Shown here piece by piece: positions 40,834-51,900 of a DNA stretch of 64,000 bases. The notes beneath the pieces are model-generated. The model made no database searches, had not been told where the DNA came from, and worked only from the letters and a program-made list of their open reading frames with translations. The stretch covers positions 192,001-256,000 of the forward strand of contig CBDCNQ010000004.1 of the NCBI GenBank assembly GCA_965219445.1, written 5' to 3'. Position 1 is the stretch's first letter. Each line of letters starts with the position of its first letter. Position numbers and translations under genes: made by a program. The DNA is from Longimicrobiales bacterium. GTDB lineage: Bacteria > Gemmatimonadota > Gemmatimonadetes > Longimicrobiales > Gaopeijiaceae.

Positions 40834-43278
40834 TCAGCTCCTTGCGTTGGGGGTGGGGGTGGGATCGTCTCGGCTCGCGAGAACCTCGATGGCCCGGGCG
40901 AGCCCGTGACGCTCGACGGCCCGGGCCCTCTGCTCGGCGTCCAATGCGGACGAGGTGTAGAGCCAATAGCTCTCCGGATCGACCTCGAGCCGGAGCACCG
41001 CCGCCCCGTCCGGGCGGCGCAGATAGATCTCGCGCTTGGGGATCAGGCCACGGACCTGGGCCAGCTCCGACTCGCTCAGCCGGAACAGCGCCCCGACCGC
41101 GTCGGGCAGCTCCGGGTTCGCGAGGAACAGCTTGGTCGGGATCGACTCGAGGAGCGCCGCAGCACCCGGCGTCGCCGTCACGTCCACGGCGGACTGCGTG
41201 GCCATGATCAGCGCGGCGTTCTTCTTGCGCCACGTCTTCGCCGCTTCGGCCAGGTAGCTCAGCACGACGGGGTCCTGCAGGTAGCGCCACGCCTCGTCCA
41301 CGACCATCAACTTCAGGCGCGCCGCCTCGGCCGGGTCCTCAACCTCCAGGCGCATCCGCTCGAGCAGGTAGGAGAGCGCCGCGTCGCAGAGATCCGGATG
41401 CTCGACCGCACCCGCCAGATCGATCACCTGCCAGTCGGCGAACTCGAGATCCGGCGCTCCGACGGCCGGGTTATCGAAGTACGCGCCCCACGCGCCGCCT
41501 TCGATCCAACGGCTCCAGGCCGGCCACGTCGCCGAGGGGAGGGAGCTGGCCAAGACACTCAGCGTGCGCCGCTCCGGCTCGAACGCGTAGAGGTCCTCGA
41601 TCCGTGCCCGGATCTCGCTCGTATCCGCTCCGCTCGCTTCCCAACCGCCGAGCTTCAGCAACCGCAGCACCCAGCCCGTCAGGAACTGGAACGTCCGCGT
41701 GCCCGCCGGGAGCGCGAACGGCTGCAGCCGGAGCGTCGGCTCCGCCTCGCCGGGCGACAGCTCGAGGTAGCGGCCCCCGAGGAACCGGGTCAGCCAGCGG
41801 TAGGAGCCGCCCAGGTCCAGGATCAGGACGCGCGGGTCGTACCTGAGCGCCTCGACCAGCAGGAAGTTCAGCGTGAAGCTCTTCCCCGAGCCGGTCGCGC
41901 CGAGCATCAGCGTGTGGCCCACGTCGCCGGCGAACAGATCGTAGTGGTACGCCGTACGCCACGGCGTCTCCAAGACCGCGAGCGACTCGCGACCCAAGTG
42001 CTTGCTCTTCGCCGTGCCCCGTGGCGGCCCGAACAGCGGCGCGAGGCTCGCCGCCACGCCGGCCGACACGAAGACCTTCCGCACCTGCCGCCCCCGGGGC
42101 TGGGCCGGCAGCCGGGAGAACCAGGCCGGCAGCTGGCCGTAGCCCTCCCGGATCACCTTCGCGTCGTGCGCGGCGAACAGCCGACGCAGGTCCCCGTCCA
42201 GCCGCTCGATGCTTCCCAGCTCGCCGTGGAGCGCCACGGTGAGCGTGGCCTCGCCGTAGCTCACCCCGTCCGCTTCGAGCTCGACCAGCGCCTCGCCCAG
42301 CCGGTCCGACTCGGTCGCCGCGGCCGAGTCGACCATCGCGGCGGCCGTGCCCTCGGTCTCCTGCACGTGCGCCATCATCGAGTAGCGCCTGGCGAAGTAG
42401 TGCCGCTGCGCACCACGGATCCGGCGCCGGGCCGCCTCCATCGCCCAGGGCCGCCACTCGAGCGACACGGTCATCACGGCATCGAGGCAGTAGAGATCCC
42501 GGAGCAGGTTCGCGTAGGCTTGGCCCGGTGGGGACAGGAGCGAGTACAGGATCACCGGCTCGCCGTCGAGCCGCAGGTGTCCTCGCTCCGCCTCGAGCTC
42601 CGAAAGCGCGAGCCGCCAGTTCATACCGCTCCCCGTCGCGCCGTCCCACACCGTGCCCGGACGGTTGATGAGCTCGGAGAGAAACCGCGAGGCTTCGGCG
42701 GGCTCGAGCATCTCGATCGGCGTGTGCTCCCCTACGAGCGCACGGCCCGCGTCCACCGTCGCGCGGAAGCGGGCGGCGGCCGCCTCGATCTCGGACCGCA
42801 GGTAGGTGGGCGCGCCCCCTCGGCGGCGCTTCCACCACTGCATGAGCCGGGAGGCGCTTCCTGTTCTGGGCCCGTCTGCCACCGTGCGGAGACGGGGATC
42901 GTGCGACCATACCAGGTAGGCCTCGAGCTGCTGCACGCGGCCCGAGAGAAACGCACTCCGCTTCCGCTGGGAGACCGCTACGATGCCGGAACCGTCGGCG
43001 TCCTCCGCCTCGGGCACACTCGGCCGGCGCAGCAGATAGAAGTAGAGGCGTGTGTCGGAGTCCAACCCCGAGAGGAGCCGCTGCCAGCGGCCCAGCACGC
43101 GGTCGATCTGTTCGGGCGAACGCCCATCCACCACTGCGGGCGCCAGCTGGCCGGCCGCGATCAGCTCGCCCGTGCGGGTCAGGCAGGTGCGGCCGTCCTC
43201 GAGCCAACCCCAGTAGGGCAGCTCCTCGGCCAGCGAGCCGGCTGCCTCGTGGTCCCGGAGCTCCGCGGCGATCCTCAT
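40834..43278 (-). CDS. virB4: VirB4 ATPase
   Basis: GHTLMLGATGSGKS, VDEAW and RKKN..ATQS motifs. Confidence 0.93.
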   Translation of the reverse strand: MRIAAELRDHEAAGSLAEELPYWGWLEDGRTCLTRTGELIAAGQLAPAVVDGRSPEQIDRVLGRWQRLLSGLDSDTRLYFYLLRRPSVPEAEDADGSGIVAVSQRKRSAFLSGRVQQLEAYLVWSHDPRLRTVADGPRTGSASRLMQWWKRRRGGAPTYLRSEIEAAAARFRATVDAGRALVGEHTPIEMLEPAEASRFLSELINRPGTVWDGATGSGMNWRLALSELEAERGHLRLDGEPVILYSLLSPPGQAYANLLRDLYCLDAVMTVSLEWRPWAMEAARRRIRGAQRHYFARRYSMMAHVQETEGTAAAMVDSAAATESDRLGEALVELEADGVSYGEATLTVALHGELGSIERLDGDLRRLFAAHDAKVIREGYGQLPAWFSRLPAQPRGRQVRKVFVSAGVAASLAPLFGPPRGTAKSKHLGRESLAVLETPWRTAYHYDLFAGDVGHTLMLGATGSGKSFTLNFLLVEALRYDPRVLILDLGGSYRWLTRFLGGRYLELSPGEAEPTLRLQPFALPAGTRTFQFLTGWVLRLLKLGGWEASGADTSEIRARIEDLYAFEPERRTLSVLASSLPSATWPAWSRWIEGGAWGAYFDNPAVGAPDLEFADWQVIDLAGAVEHPDLCDAALSYLLERMRLEVEDPAEAARLKLMVVDEAWRYLQDPVVLSYLAEAAKTWRKKNAALIMATQSAVDVTATPGAAALLESIPTKLFLANPELPDAVGALFRLSESELAQVRGLIPKREIYLRRPDGAAVLRLEVDPESYWLYTSSALDAEQRARAVERHGLARAIEVLASRDDPTPTPNARS

Positions 43279-43577
43279 CGCCCGCTCCGGATCACGAGAT
43301 GCCACGGCTCTTCGGCCCACTTGCCCGGGTCGAAGCGCGCCGGGTAGCGCGTCCCGGCCCGTAGCACGCCGAGCATGTCGGGGTCCTTGCGGCCGGCCAG
43401 CCATCCGGCCCCAAAGCCGACCGCGAACACCACGCCGCCCGTCACCAGCGAAGCCGTCGCGTTCCACATTGCGAGCCCGAGCGTCGCGACGAGGAGAAAC
43501 CCCCTACGCTCCACACCCAGGATCGTGAGCGGACGGTTCAGCGCCGCATAGCCGGCCCAGCGCCTCAGACCCCTCAT
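43275..43577 (-). CDS. virB3: VirB3/TrbD-family protein
   Basis: ALNRPLTILGVER...KDP motif. Confidence 0.88.
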   Translation of the reverse strand: MRGLRRWAGYAALNRPLTILGVERRGFLLVATLGLAMWNATASLVTGGVVFAVGFGAGWLAGRKDPDMLGVLRAGTRYPARFDPGKWAEEPWHLVIRSGR

Positions 43578-43864
43578 CAGAATAGCCACGCCAGGAAGTT
43601 CGCCGCGCCCATCGCCATCCCCAGCCCGAAGATGATCCCGGCCAGCGTCCGCTTGCTCCCGCCCTCGCCGAACGCGAACATCAGCCCGCCCACCACGATC
43701 GCGATCAGCGACAGCCCCCTCGCGATCGGACCCGTGAACTGCGCCTGCAGCTCGTTCACCGCCTCCACCCACGGGCTCGTCCCCTGCGCCAGCAGCACAC
43801 TCGGCGTCAGCGCCAGCAGTGCGGCCCAGGCGGCCGCTTGCAGCGTTCTCGACAACGTTCTCAT
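43577..43864 (-). CDS. virB2: VirB2/TrbC pilin
   Basis: SPW...L...FTGPIA.GLSLIAIVVGGLMFAFGE. Confidence 0.9.
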   Translation of the reverse strand: MRTLSRTLQAAAWAALLALTPSVLLAQGTSPWVEAVNELQAQFTGPIARGLSLIAIVVGGLMFAFGEGGSKRTLAGIIFGLGMAMGAANFLAWLF

Positions 43865-43883
43865 TCTCTCTCCTCCTTGGGGT

Positions 43884-44408
43884 TCAGTTGTGTTTTGCCG
43901 CCGAGGCGTCCCCGCCCCGGCCCTGCTCGATCCGCTCATCCATCCATTCCTCGACCTCCGACTCGATCCAGCGCACCGCGCGCTCGCTCAGCCGGACCGC
44001 CCGGGGGAAGCGCCCCTGTGCCGACCAGTCGTAGATCGTGGTCCGCGACAGGCCCGTCAGCGCCTCGACAGCCGAGATCCGCAGGAAACGGATCGGCGCA
44101 TTCGTTCTCTGTTCGATCGGTTGTTCACTCATCGCTCTGCTGCTCCTCGTTCTCCTCGCCCCCGGCGAAGGCTTCCGGCGCCGGTGGCCTCGGGGCGGAG
44201 TCCGAGGGCCGCCCGAGTCCAGGTCGGAGTCCGCCACGAACGCCAGAACCCGGTCCGCCGTCCTCAGCGACAGCGAGCGTCCGCCGTCGATCTGGCGCAT
44301 CAGGTTCGGGTCGCCCAGCGCCTTCAAGCCGAACGTCGTCGGACTCACGCCCGTGCTGCCCAGAAACGCGTTCAGCCGTGTGTTGAATTGCTCCTCCAGG
44401 GTCTGCAT
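43884..44408 (-). CDS. AlpA-family regulator with an extra N-terminal HTH-like domain
   Basis: FLRISAVEALTGLSRTTIY...FP..V.L...VRW.ESEV..W. Confidence 0.85.
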   Translation of the reverse strand: MQTLEEQFNTRLNAFLGSTGVSPTTFGLKALGDPNLMRQIDGGRSLSLRTADRVLAFVADSDLDSGGPRTPPRGHRRRKPSPGARRTRSSRAMSEQPIEQRTNAPIRFLRISAVEALTGLSRTTIYDWSAQGRFPRAVRLSERAVRWIESEVEEWMDERIEQGRGGDASAAKHN

Positions 44409-44809
44409 GAGAGCCGTTCCAACCGTGTCATGGCCCGTAACGTTGAAGGGGCCTTTGCCAGGAAGTCAACTCTTAGGAAATCTCCTAAGTGTCCGTGGTG
44501 CACGTAGTTATCCGACGTTGTCCGGGAGGCTCTGGAGGCCGCCGCCAGTGGCATGGCAGACACAGCCTCCGCAGCGCTCGCCAGAGGTTCCCGTCAAGGG
44601 TCTTAGGGCTCGACCGGAAGGTCGGCCCGGGCACGGCCGACTTGGCGTCGCCCACACGGAAGTGACAGGTTTCACATGCCGGGGCGCGCGGCGGTCGCCG
44701 AGCGGCGTGCCGTGCCTGCCGCGGCAACGGATCAAGGGCTTCGAGAGTCGCTCCGAACAGGACGACTGTTATATTTGTGGTTCGATTTGTGACGCGGAGA
44801 GAGAAAGCC

Positions 44810-45392
44810 ATGAAGAGCCTGCCCGAGCGCATCATGGAGCACGCCGAGGCCACGCCGATCTGCCCGGCGGCCCTGCTTCACCTCGGCCAAAGGGCCGCGG
44901 TGGGTCAGGCGCTCTCTCGCCTGGCCCGTTCAGGCCGGCTCATGCGGATCCGCCAAGGGGTCTACATGCGCCCGATCGAGACCCGCTTGGGGCGGTGTGC
45001 GCCGGGCACCGAGAAGTCACTCCTGGCGCTCTCGGAGCTCTGGGGCGAGACGATCGTCCCGAACGGAGGCGGCGCGGCCAACTGGCTTGGTTTGACGACG
45101 CAGAATCCCGTCCGCTCGGTCTATCTCACCTCCGGCCGCAGTCGGCGATTGCGCTTCGGCAAGCATCCCGTCGAGCTGCGCCACGCTCCGCGCTGGCAAC
45201 TGGCGGCTCCGCACAGGATGGCGGGAGTGGTGATCCGTGCCCTGGCATGGTCGGCCCCGAAGAGGTCGAAGACAGCCTCGACGCGATCCTGCCCAAGCTC
45301 TCGGAGGAAGACCTCGAGGAGCTTGCGGTCGCGCGGGGCGTCATGCCGGTGTGGATGGCGGAGCCGCTGACCACGCGTCTGGCGCATGGCTG
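44810..45392 (+). pseudogene. AbiEi/DUF6088 type IV TA antitoxin, frameshifted
   Basis: ALSRL..G.L.RI..G.Y, AANWLGLTTQ.P, YLTSGRS; frameshift near 45250. Confidence 0.8.
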
Positions 45393-45733
45393 GAGCACTG
45401 TTTCAGCGCCTGGCGGCCGAAGAGCGCCGTCATGCCTTGCGTGCCGCTCAAGCCGAATGCCCGCACCTGGCGTTCGTGCTCGAGAAAGACATCTGGGTGG
45501 TCGCAACCCTCGGCGTCCTGTTCGACGCCCCGTTCGGCCATCAGTTGGTGTTCAAGGGCGGCACCTCCTTGTCCAAGGTGTGGCGCGCGATCCGGCGGTT
45601 CTCGGACGTCATCGACATCACCTACGACATCCGCGGCTTCGCACCGGATCTGGTTGCCGGTGCCGGCGACGAGGCGCTGCCGCTCACGCGCAGTCAGGAG
45701 AGGCGCTGGACAAAGGCGGGCGGCCGCGACTAG
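45386..45733 (+). pseudogene. AbiEii nucleotidyltransferase toxin, truncated
   Basis: LEKDIWV, LVFKGGTSLSK and RFSDVID motifs; only 115 aa. Confidence 0.85.
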
Positions 45734-45907
45734 AAGCTGACACCACAGAGGAGCCATGAGATGTGTCGACCGCAGGATCGAACCGGGCCTGCGGCCGGCC
45801 GCGCGACAAAGCCGCGCTGGGCCACCGCATGCGGGACGGCCATCGCCCGGAGTACGACGCTCGCAAGGACACCCGGCGCGCCGGGGACACTACTCGTCCG
45901 CCGGCGC

Positions 45908-48900
45908 CTACCAGCCCACCGTGAGTCGGCCCACCAGGCTGTGGTCCGGCTTGTCCTGAAGCAGACTTTCGCGGCGCTGGGCGTCGAGGCCGAACTGGAA
46001 GCTCATGGCGCCACCCTGCACGACAGCCAGGCTGTAGCCCAGCCGGTAGCCGCGCCCGTACTCGGAAGTCGTGACGCCGAACCTCGGGGTCCCCACCAGC
46101 CGACTCCCGACCGGCAGCGCATAGCCGAGCTCGGCGTCGATGCGGTCACCCGATCCCGGGCCTCCTGCCCCGAGCCCCTCCATCGTATCGCGGCCCCAGA
46201 GCGCGTCGGTACCGCTCATCGCCTGGCCGCCCCACGAGGGCGCGACCCGCGCTGTAAAGCCCAGCGGCGTCTGTGGCGTCGGATCGTAGCTGAACGACAC
46301 CGACACGCCCCGTTCCCTGAACCCTTCGTCCTGGTGTACGAGCAGCGTCCGCACCCGCACGTCGACCGACAGTCCGGTCAGCGGGTCCGATGCGATCAGG
46401 CTTGCGGCGACGTCCGCGCCCGCGCCCGTCTCGGCGTCCCCGCCGTCCTGCCTGAGCCCGAGCTCGAGGCTCGGCCGGAGCGCGATGCCGTGCCCGAACA
46501 CGTAGCCTCTCGAGGCCTCGAGCGCTGTCCGCACACGCGTCACCACCGCCTCGGTGCCAGCCAGTCGGCCTGCCGGACCCTCCACTGCCTCGCTACCCGT
46601 GCCCACCCACAGCGCGTCCGCCTTGAACGCCAGCCCGAACCCGCCGATACCGGCATCCACCAGATCGCCCCTCACGCCTCCGGCCAGCATCGACATCGAG
46701 AGCCCGCCCTCGAGAGCGACGGGAGCCGCGAGAGACGTTGGTAGAGACACTGCCTCGCCCGGCGTCAAGCTCAGCGAGCCCCTCCCGTAGCCGGTCACGC
46801 CCCAGAGCGTGACCCGCTCCGTCAGCTTGTATCCCACCCAGGGGTGGAGCCCCGTGACCGACGACGCCACCTGGCCGATATCGGCTCCCTGGTAGCCGCC
46901 CAGGCCTCGGCGGTGCGAGAGCATCAGCCCGGCCATCAGCGGCCCCTTCGCGTAGTCGGCGCCGAACATCGTCGTGCGGACCCCGCCATCGAGCGACAGC
47001 TCGCCGTCCTGGCCGCTGAACCGCGACTCCATCCCGCGGCTCCAGAGCGACACGCTCGCGCCCCCGCCCGTCTCGCGGTTCAGCACGAACCCCGAGCCCA
47101 TCAGCAGGTCGCCGCCTCCGAGACCCGTCCGCAAGAGCTCGGAGCCGCTCAGATCGGACTGGACGCCCATCGTATCCCGAGCGCCCGCGCCCGCCGTGGA
47201 CTGAAGCCGGCTCAGGAAGTTCCGGCCCATATCGCGCTCCATCCCACGCCTGAGCTCACGGCCCGCGACCCGGCCCCGGAAGCCCGAGGCTCTGGACGCC
47301 TCCAGCCGCTCCTCGACCTGCTCCATCACGTGAAGCGCCGTCGCCCGCCCGAACCGCGCCAGGAGAGCGCGCGGGAGCGGATCGGTGTTCTCGATCGTCC
47401 CCGTCGCTTCCGCGTCGGCCAGCCGGCCCTCCGACGGATTCGAGAGCCGGAGCGTCATCGTCTCCTCGCCCTCGTCGTGCGAATCGTCGAGCACCGCGAC
47501 CTCGACCGTCTTCGACGACTCGCCCGTCTGGAACGTGAGCGTCCCGTCCGCCGCCGTGTAGTCCGTCCCCGCCGATGCCGTACCGTTCACCGTCTGGTAG
47601 TCCACCGTCACCTGCCCGGCAGCCGCCCGGCTCAAGGTGACCGCGAAGGCCAGCGGCGCCCCGCCGTTTTCGTCCACCCGCGCGTCGGCGACCGATATCC
47701 CCACCGGACTGGCGATGGTCTCCGACAGCGAATGCGACAGGGGCCTGCCGTCCTCGGTGCAGATCGCGTCGACCGCGTCGCAGTCGGTCGTAGCCGGCAG
47801 GTCGATGCGGATCTCGCCGGTGGTCTCTGGCTGCACATGGATCTCCCGCAGGTCGTTGCGGCCGTCCACCCGGCGTGCCTTCTTCACGTCACCGCCCGTC
47901 ACCGTGAACGCGCGATCCCGGAGCACCTCGTAGCTCACCGCCGGATCCTCGCTGAAACGCAGCCGGAAGGTGAACACTGTCGACCCGTCGTGCTCCGACG
48001 GCACGTCCTCGAAGCTCGCCGTCAGCGGCGTCTCGGTGTTCTGGATCGTGCCGGTCGCCTCGGCATCGTCGAGATCGGCGCCGGAGGCGCCGCTGAGGGT
48101 GAGCGTGAGGATCTCGCCGCCGTCTTCCACCGCGTCGTCCGTGATCGGCACCGAGACCGTCTTCGACGTCTCGCCCGGCTGGAAGGTCAGCGTGCCGCTC
48201 GTGGCGGTGTAGTCCGAGCCCGCCGTCGCGGTGCCGTCCGCTGTGGCATAGTCCACCGTCACGGCCGCGGTCGCGGCCGGGTCGAGCGTCACGACGAAGT
48301 CGAGCGCAGCGTCCTCTTCCTCGGTCGCCTCCGCGTCGGCCACCGACAGGCCGCTCGGCGGGTCCGGCGCCGTGTCGTCGGCGTCGTCCGTGTCGTCGGC
48401 GGCGGCCTCGGGACCCGGCGGCCCGGCGACCGTCGCAGACGGGCTGTTGCTCAGCGGCCTCGGGTCGTCCCCGCGCGTGCACACGGCCCCGGCCGTGCCG
48501 CAGGCACTGCCGCCGGGAAGCGAGATCGTCACCGCCTCGCGCGAATCGGGCTCGACCGTGATCTCCCACAGATCGTGGCGGCCATCGACCCGCCGCGCCC
48601 CCGTGACGTCACCGTCCGTCACCGAGAAGGACTCGTCGCGGAGGGCCTTGTAGCTGATCCCAACGTCCTCGCTGAACTCGACCCGGACGTTGAAGGCGCT
48701 CTGGCCGTCGTGCTCCGCCGGATCGGGATAGGGGAGGACCGGCGTTCCCGGTCCTTCCCCTCCCACACCACCAGGCATGCGGGTCCGCACCTGGCGGTTC
48801 GGTGAGTTGAGGTCAGTACGGCGTGAGCCGGGGCACACCCAGCTCGTCGAAGTACGCCCCTGGCAAGGCCGTGTGCAGGGCGTGGTGCGCGGCCACGTGC

Positions 48901-51900
48901 CACCAGCTTCGCGCGAACCGAGCAGCTCGCCAGGCGAGGTTCTCGCTCACACCGCGAGCCCTCAACTCCCGGTACGCTGTCCTTCCCCGTTTCCACTGGC
49001 GTAATTGCAACGTACGCAGCCGGCGGTGGATCCATTGGTCCAGGTCTCGGAAAACCCCCGGTGTATCCGCTAAGCCGAAGTATGCCTTCCACCCCAGCAC
49101 GTAGCGCCGTAGCTCTTCTGCCACCTGTTGCAGGCTCCGCCCGCCACTCCGGCTTGTAATCTGCCGGACTCGCTCCTTGAACTTCGTCAGGGCCTTCTTG
49201 CTGACCCGGCGCTTCACGACCTTCCCTGCCGCTACCCAGAAGCTGTAGCCCAGGAACTGTCGATCCCACACTCGCGCCACCGCGCTCTTTTCCTCGTTGA
49301 CCTGAAGCCGAAGTTTCCCGTACAAGTGCCTCAGCGCCTGCATCACACGTTGTCCTGCCCGCCTCGACCGCACGTATACATTGCAGTCATCGGCGTACCG
49401 GACAAACGCGTGTCCGCGTAGCTCCAACTCCTTGTCCACTTCGTCCAGGAGCACGTTCGCCAGCAACGGCGACAACGGTCCGCCCTGAGGCGTCCCCATG
49501 TGCCGCTCCATCACCACCCCGTTCGCCATGACTCCGGCTTCCAGGTAGCGACGGAGGATCCGCAGCATCGCCTTATCCTCGATCCGCTTTGCCAGCCGCC
49601 CCATCAGCACGTCGTGGTTCACCCGGTCGAAAAACTTCTCCAGGTCCACATCCACCACCCATCGTCTCCCTTCCTGGATGTATTGCTGCGCTTCGCGCAC
49701 CGCATCGTGTGCTCGGCGCCCAGGCCGGAAGCCGTGGCTGTGCCGACTGAACGTCGGGTCGAACCTCGGTTGCAGCACCTGCAGGATGGCTTGTTGGATG
49801 AACCGGTCCAGCACGGTCGGAATCCCCAACTCCCGGACCCCTCCCCCACTCTTCGGTATCTCCTGCCTTCGTACCGGCTTCGGTTGGTAGGTCCCCGCCA
49901 GCAACCGCTGTCGGATCTCCCCCCAGTGCCTGCGCAAGTACTCTGGCAGCTCCTCCACGTTCATCCCGTCGATGCCCGGACTGCCCTTATTCTGCCGCAC
50001 GCGTTTCAACGCTCCTACGAGGTTGGCACGCCCGACCACCTCCTGCATCAGGAGATGCTCGCTTCCTGAGCGCTCGTCTCCATGGGCCACCGTTCCGGCT
50101 TCGCCACTCCCCTCTACCTTCGGGGCTTCACCCCTATCCTCCAGTGGGAGCCCCAGTTGCCTGGACTCCTGGCGCATGGCCTTGCCGAGGTCCACGGTCG
50201 TCACGCTCTCCTCTCCGTTCGGCCCTTCGTCCGACAAAGCTGGGTCCAAGCGCATCATGCACTTCGTCGGCCTACTATGGCCTCTGCTGACTTCTCGCTC
50301 CGCCGGCAGGCCCAACAGCGCAGTGCCGGCGTCACCCTTTCAGGCGTCAGGCGAGACCTCCCCGGGTAAGAACGATGACCTTCCCCGCACAATCGCCGGA
50401 TCTACGCCGCTTCCCCTTGGTCGCAGGAGCTTCGCGGTCAGTGGTCCGCTCGCCCCGGTCCGCAGCGCCTCGTATCCGGTTCCTGTTCGTCGACTCACGG
50501 GTTCGTTTCACGCTTCGTTCAGCGTACGCCTCACGACGAACGCCTTGCGCTTCCCTTCGGTCCCTGCGACCAGGTTCCGGGAGGACTTTCACCTCCAAGT
50601 CATCGCCCATGCCGGGCCCACCACCTCACCGAACGCCGCCGTCAGTGCCGCCGGCGCCGTGTCGTCCGTGTCGTCGTCGGCGTCGGCGGCGGCCTCGGGA
50701 CCCGGGATCGTCAGCGTCGCCGGCACCTGCGTCAGCACCGTCCCGCCCGCGGTGCAGATGCCGCCCGAGGCGCAGGCCGCGTCCGCCACCAACGTGAACG
50801 TCACGTCACCGTCGCCTTCGGGGGTCAGGAAGAACAGCCAGGCGTGTGCGAGTCCGTCTTCCGTATGGGCCTGCACCGCGCTGATGGTTCCGCCCGTGAC
50901 CTGCACCGACGGCGTGTTCGCTGCGAATGCCGCCACCGCCTCGCTGAAGGTCACCACTACCTGCGGCCGGTCGTCCGATCCCGTGTGCCGCGTCGAGGCG
51001 AACCGGCTCGCCGGGAAGCTCGCCGACAGCGCGGCTCCGTCATCCTCGTCTGCCGTCGCCGCGGCGACCGTGAACGACACCGAGCGCGTCTGCAGCGCGG
51101 TGCCCCCGCCATCGGGGTCGGCGTAGGCCGTCGCCTGCAGCGTGTAGGCGCCCGGCGGCAACCCCTCGCCGCCGTCGGCGTACAGCGTGTAGGGCGCCGC
51201 GTTGTCCGTGCGGGTCACCGTCTTCGCCCCCGACAGCGCCAGCCGCAGGCTCCCGATCGCCGCCTCCGGTATCGTCTCCACCCGGACCCCGTACTGTCCG
51301 GTCGCCGGCGCGTCCAGCGTGACCTCGGTCCCGTCCGTGAGCGACCCGACATCCGTCCCAGCCGCCGCGTCCACCAGGGTGAAGCCCACGAGCACGTCCT
51401 CATGGTTGTAGATCAAGCCGGCGGCGCGCTCGACTCCGAGACGCGCGCCCGAGACGTTGCTCAGCAGCAGCGCGAACGACTCGCCGCTGTCCTCCACCGT
51501 GTCGTCGACGATCGGCACCGACACGGTCTTCTCCGTCTCGCCCCGCGCGAAGGTCAGCGTCCCGGCCGTCGCCTGATAGTCCTCGGGCGCCGTCGCGCTG
51601 CGGTCCTCGGTGTGGTAGTCCACCGTCACCGTCGAGCTCGCGGCCGGGTGGAGTTCCACCGTGAAGTCGACGGCCGCGTTCCGGCTTTCCCGCGCCAATG
51701 CGATCCAGACCCGGATCGTCGGGGCACCGGACACCGCCGTCCTGCCGTCGACGCGCCGCGCGCGGCCGTGGCCCACCGCGTTCACCGCGCGCACCTCGAA
51801 GCTGTATTTCCTCCCCTCCGAGAGCCCGTCGCTGTGTGTGTAGCCCGTCGTGCTCGCACTGCTGCCCGGGATGGTGGCCCAAAGGGTGAAACCGGGGCTG

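Noticed and set aside
40906..43347. 813-aa plus-strand ORF and similar long antisense ORFs (23046-25058, 46844-48805, 50844-52901, 6946-8382)
   Set aside because: Shadow frames of high-GC genes on the opposite strand; no recognisable motifs
48813..50315. Reverse transcriptase as retron, DGR or defence RT
   Set aside because: Flanked by clear group II intron 5' end, DV and DVI, with precise exon rejoining; no TR/VR pair or msr-msd seen
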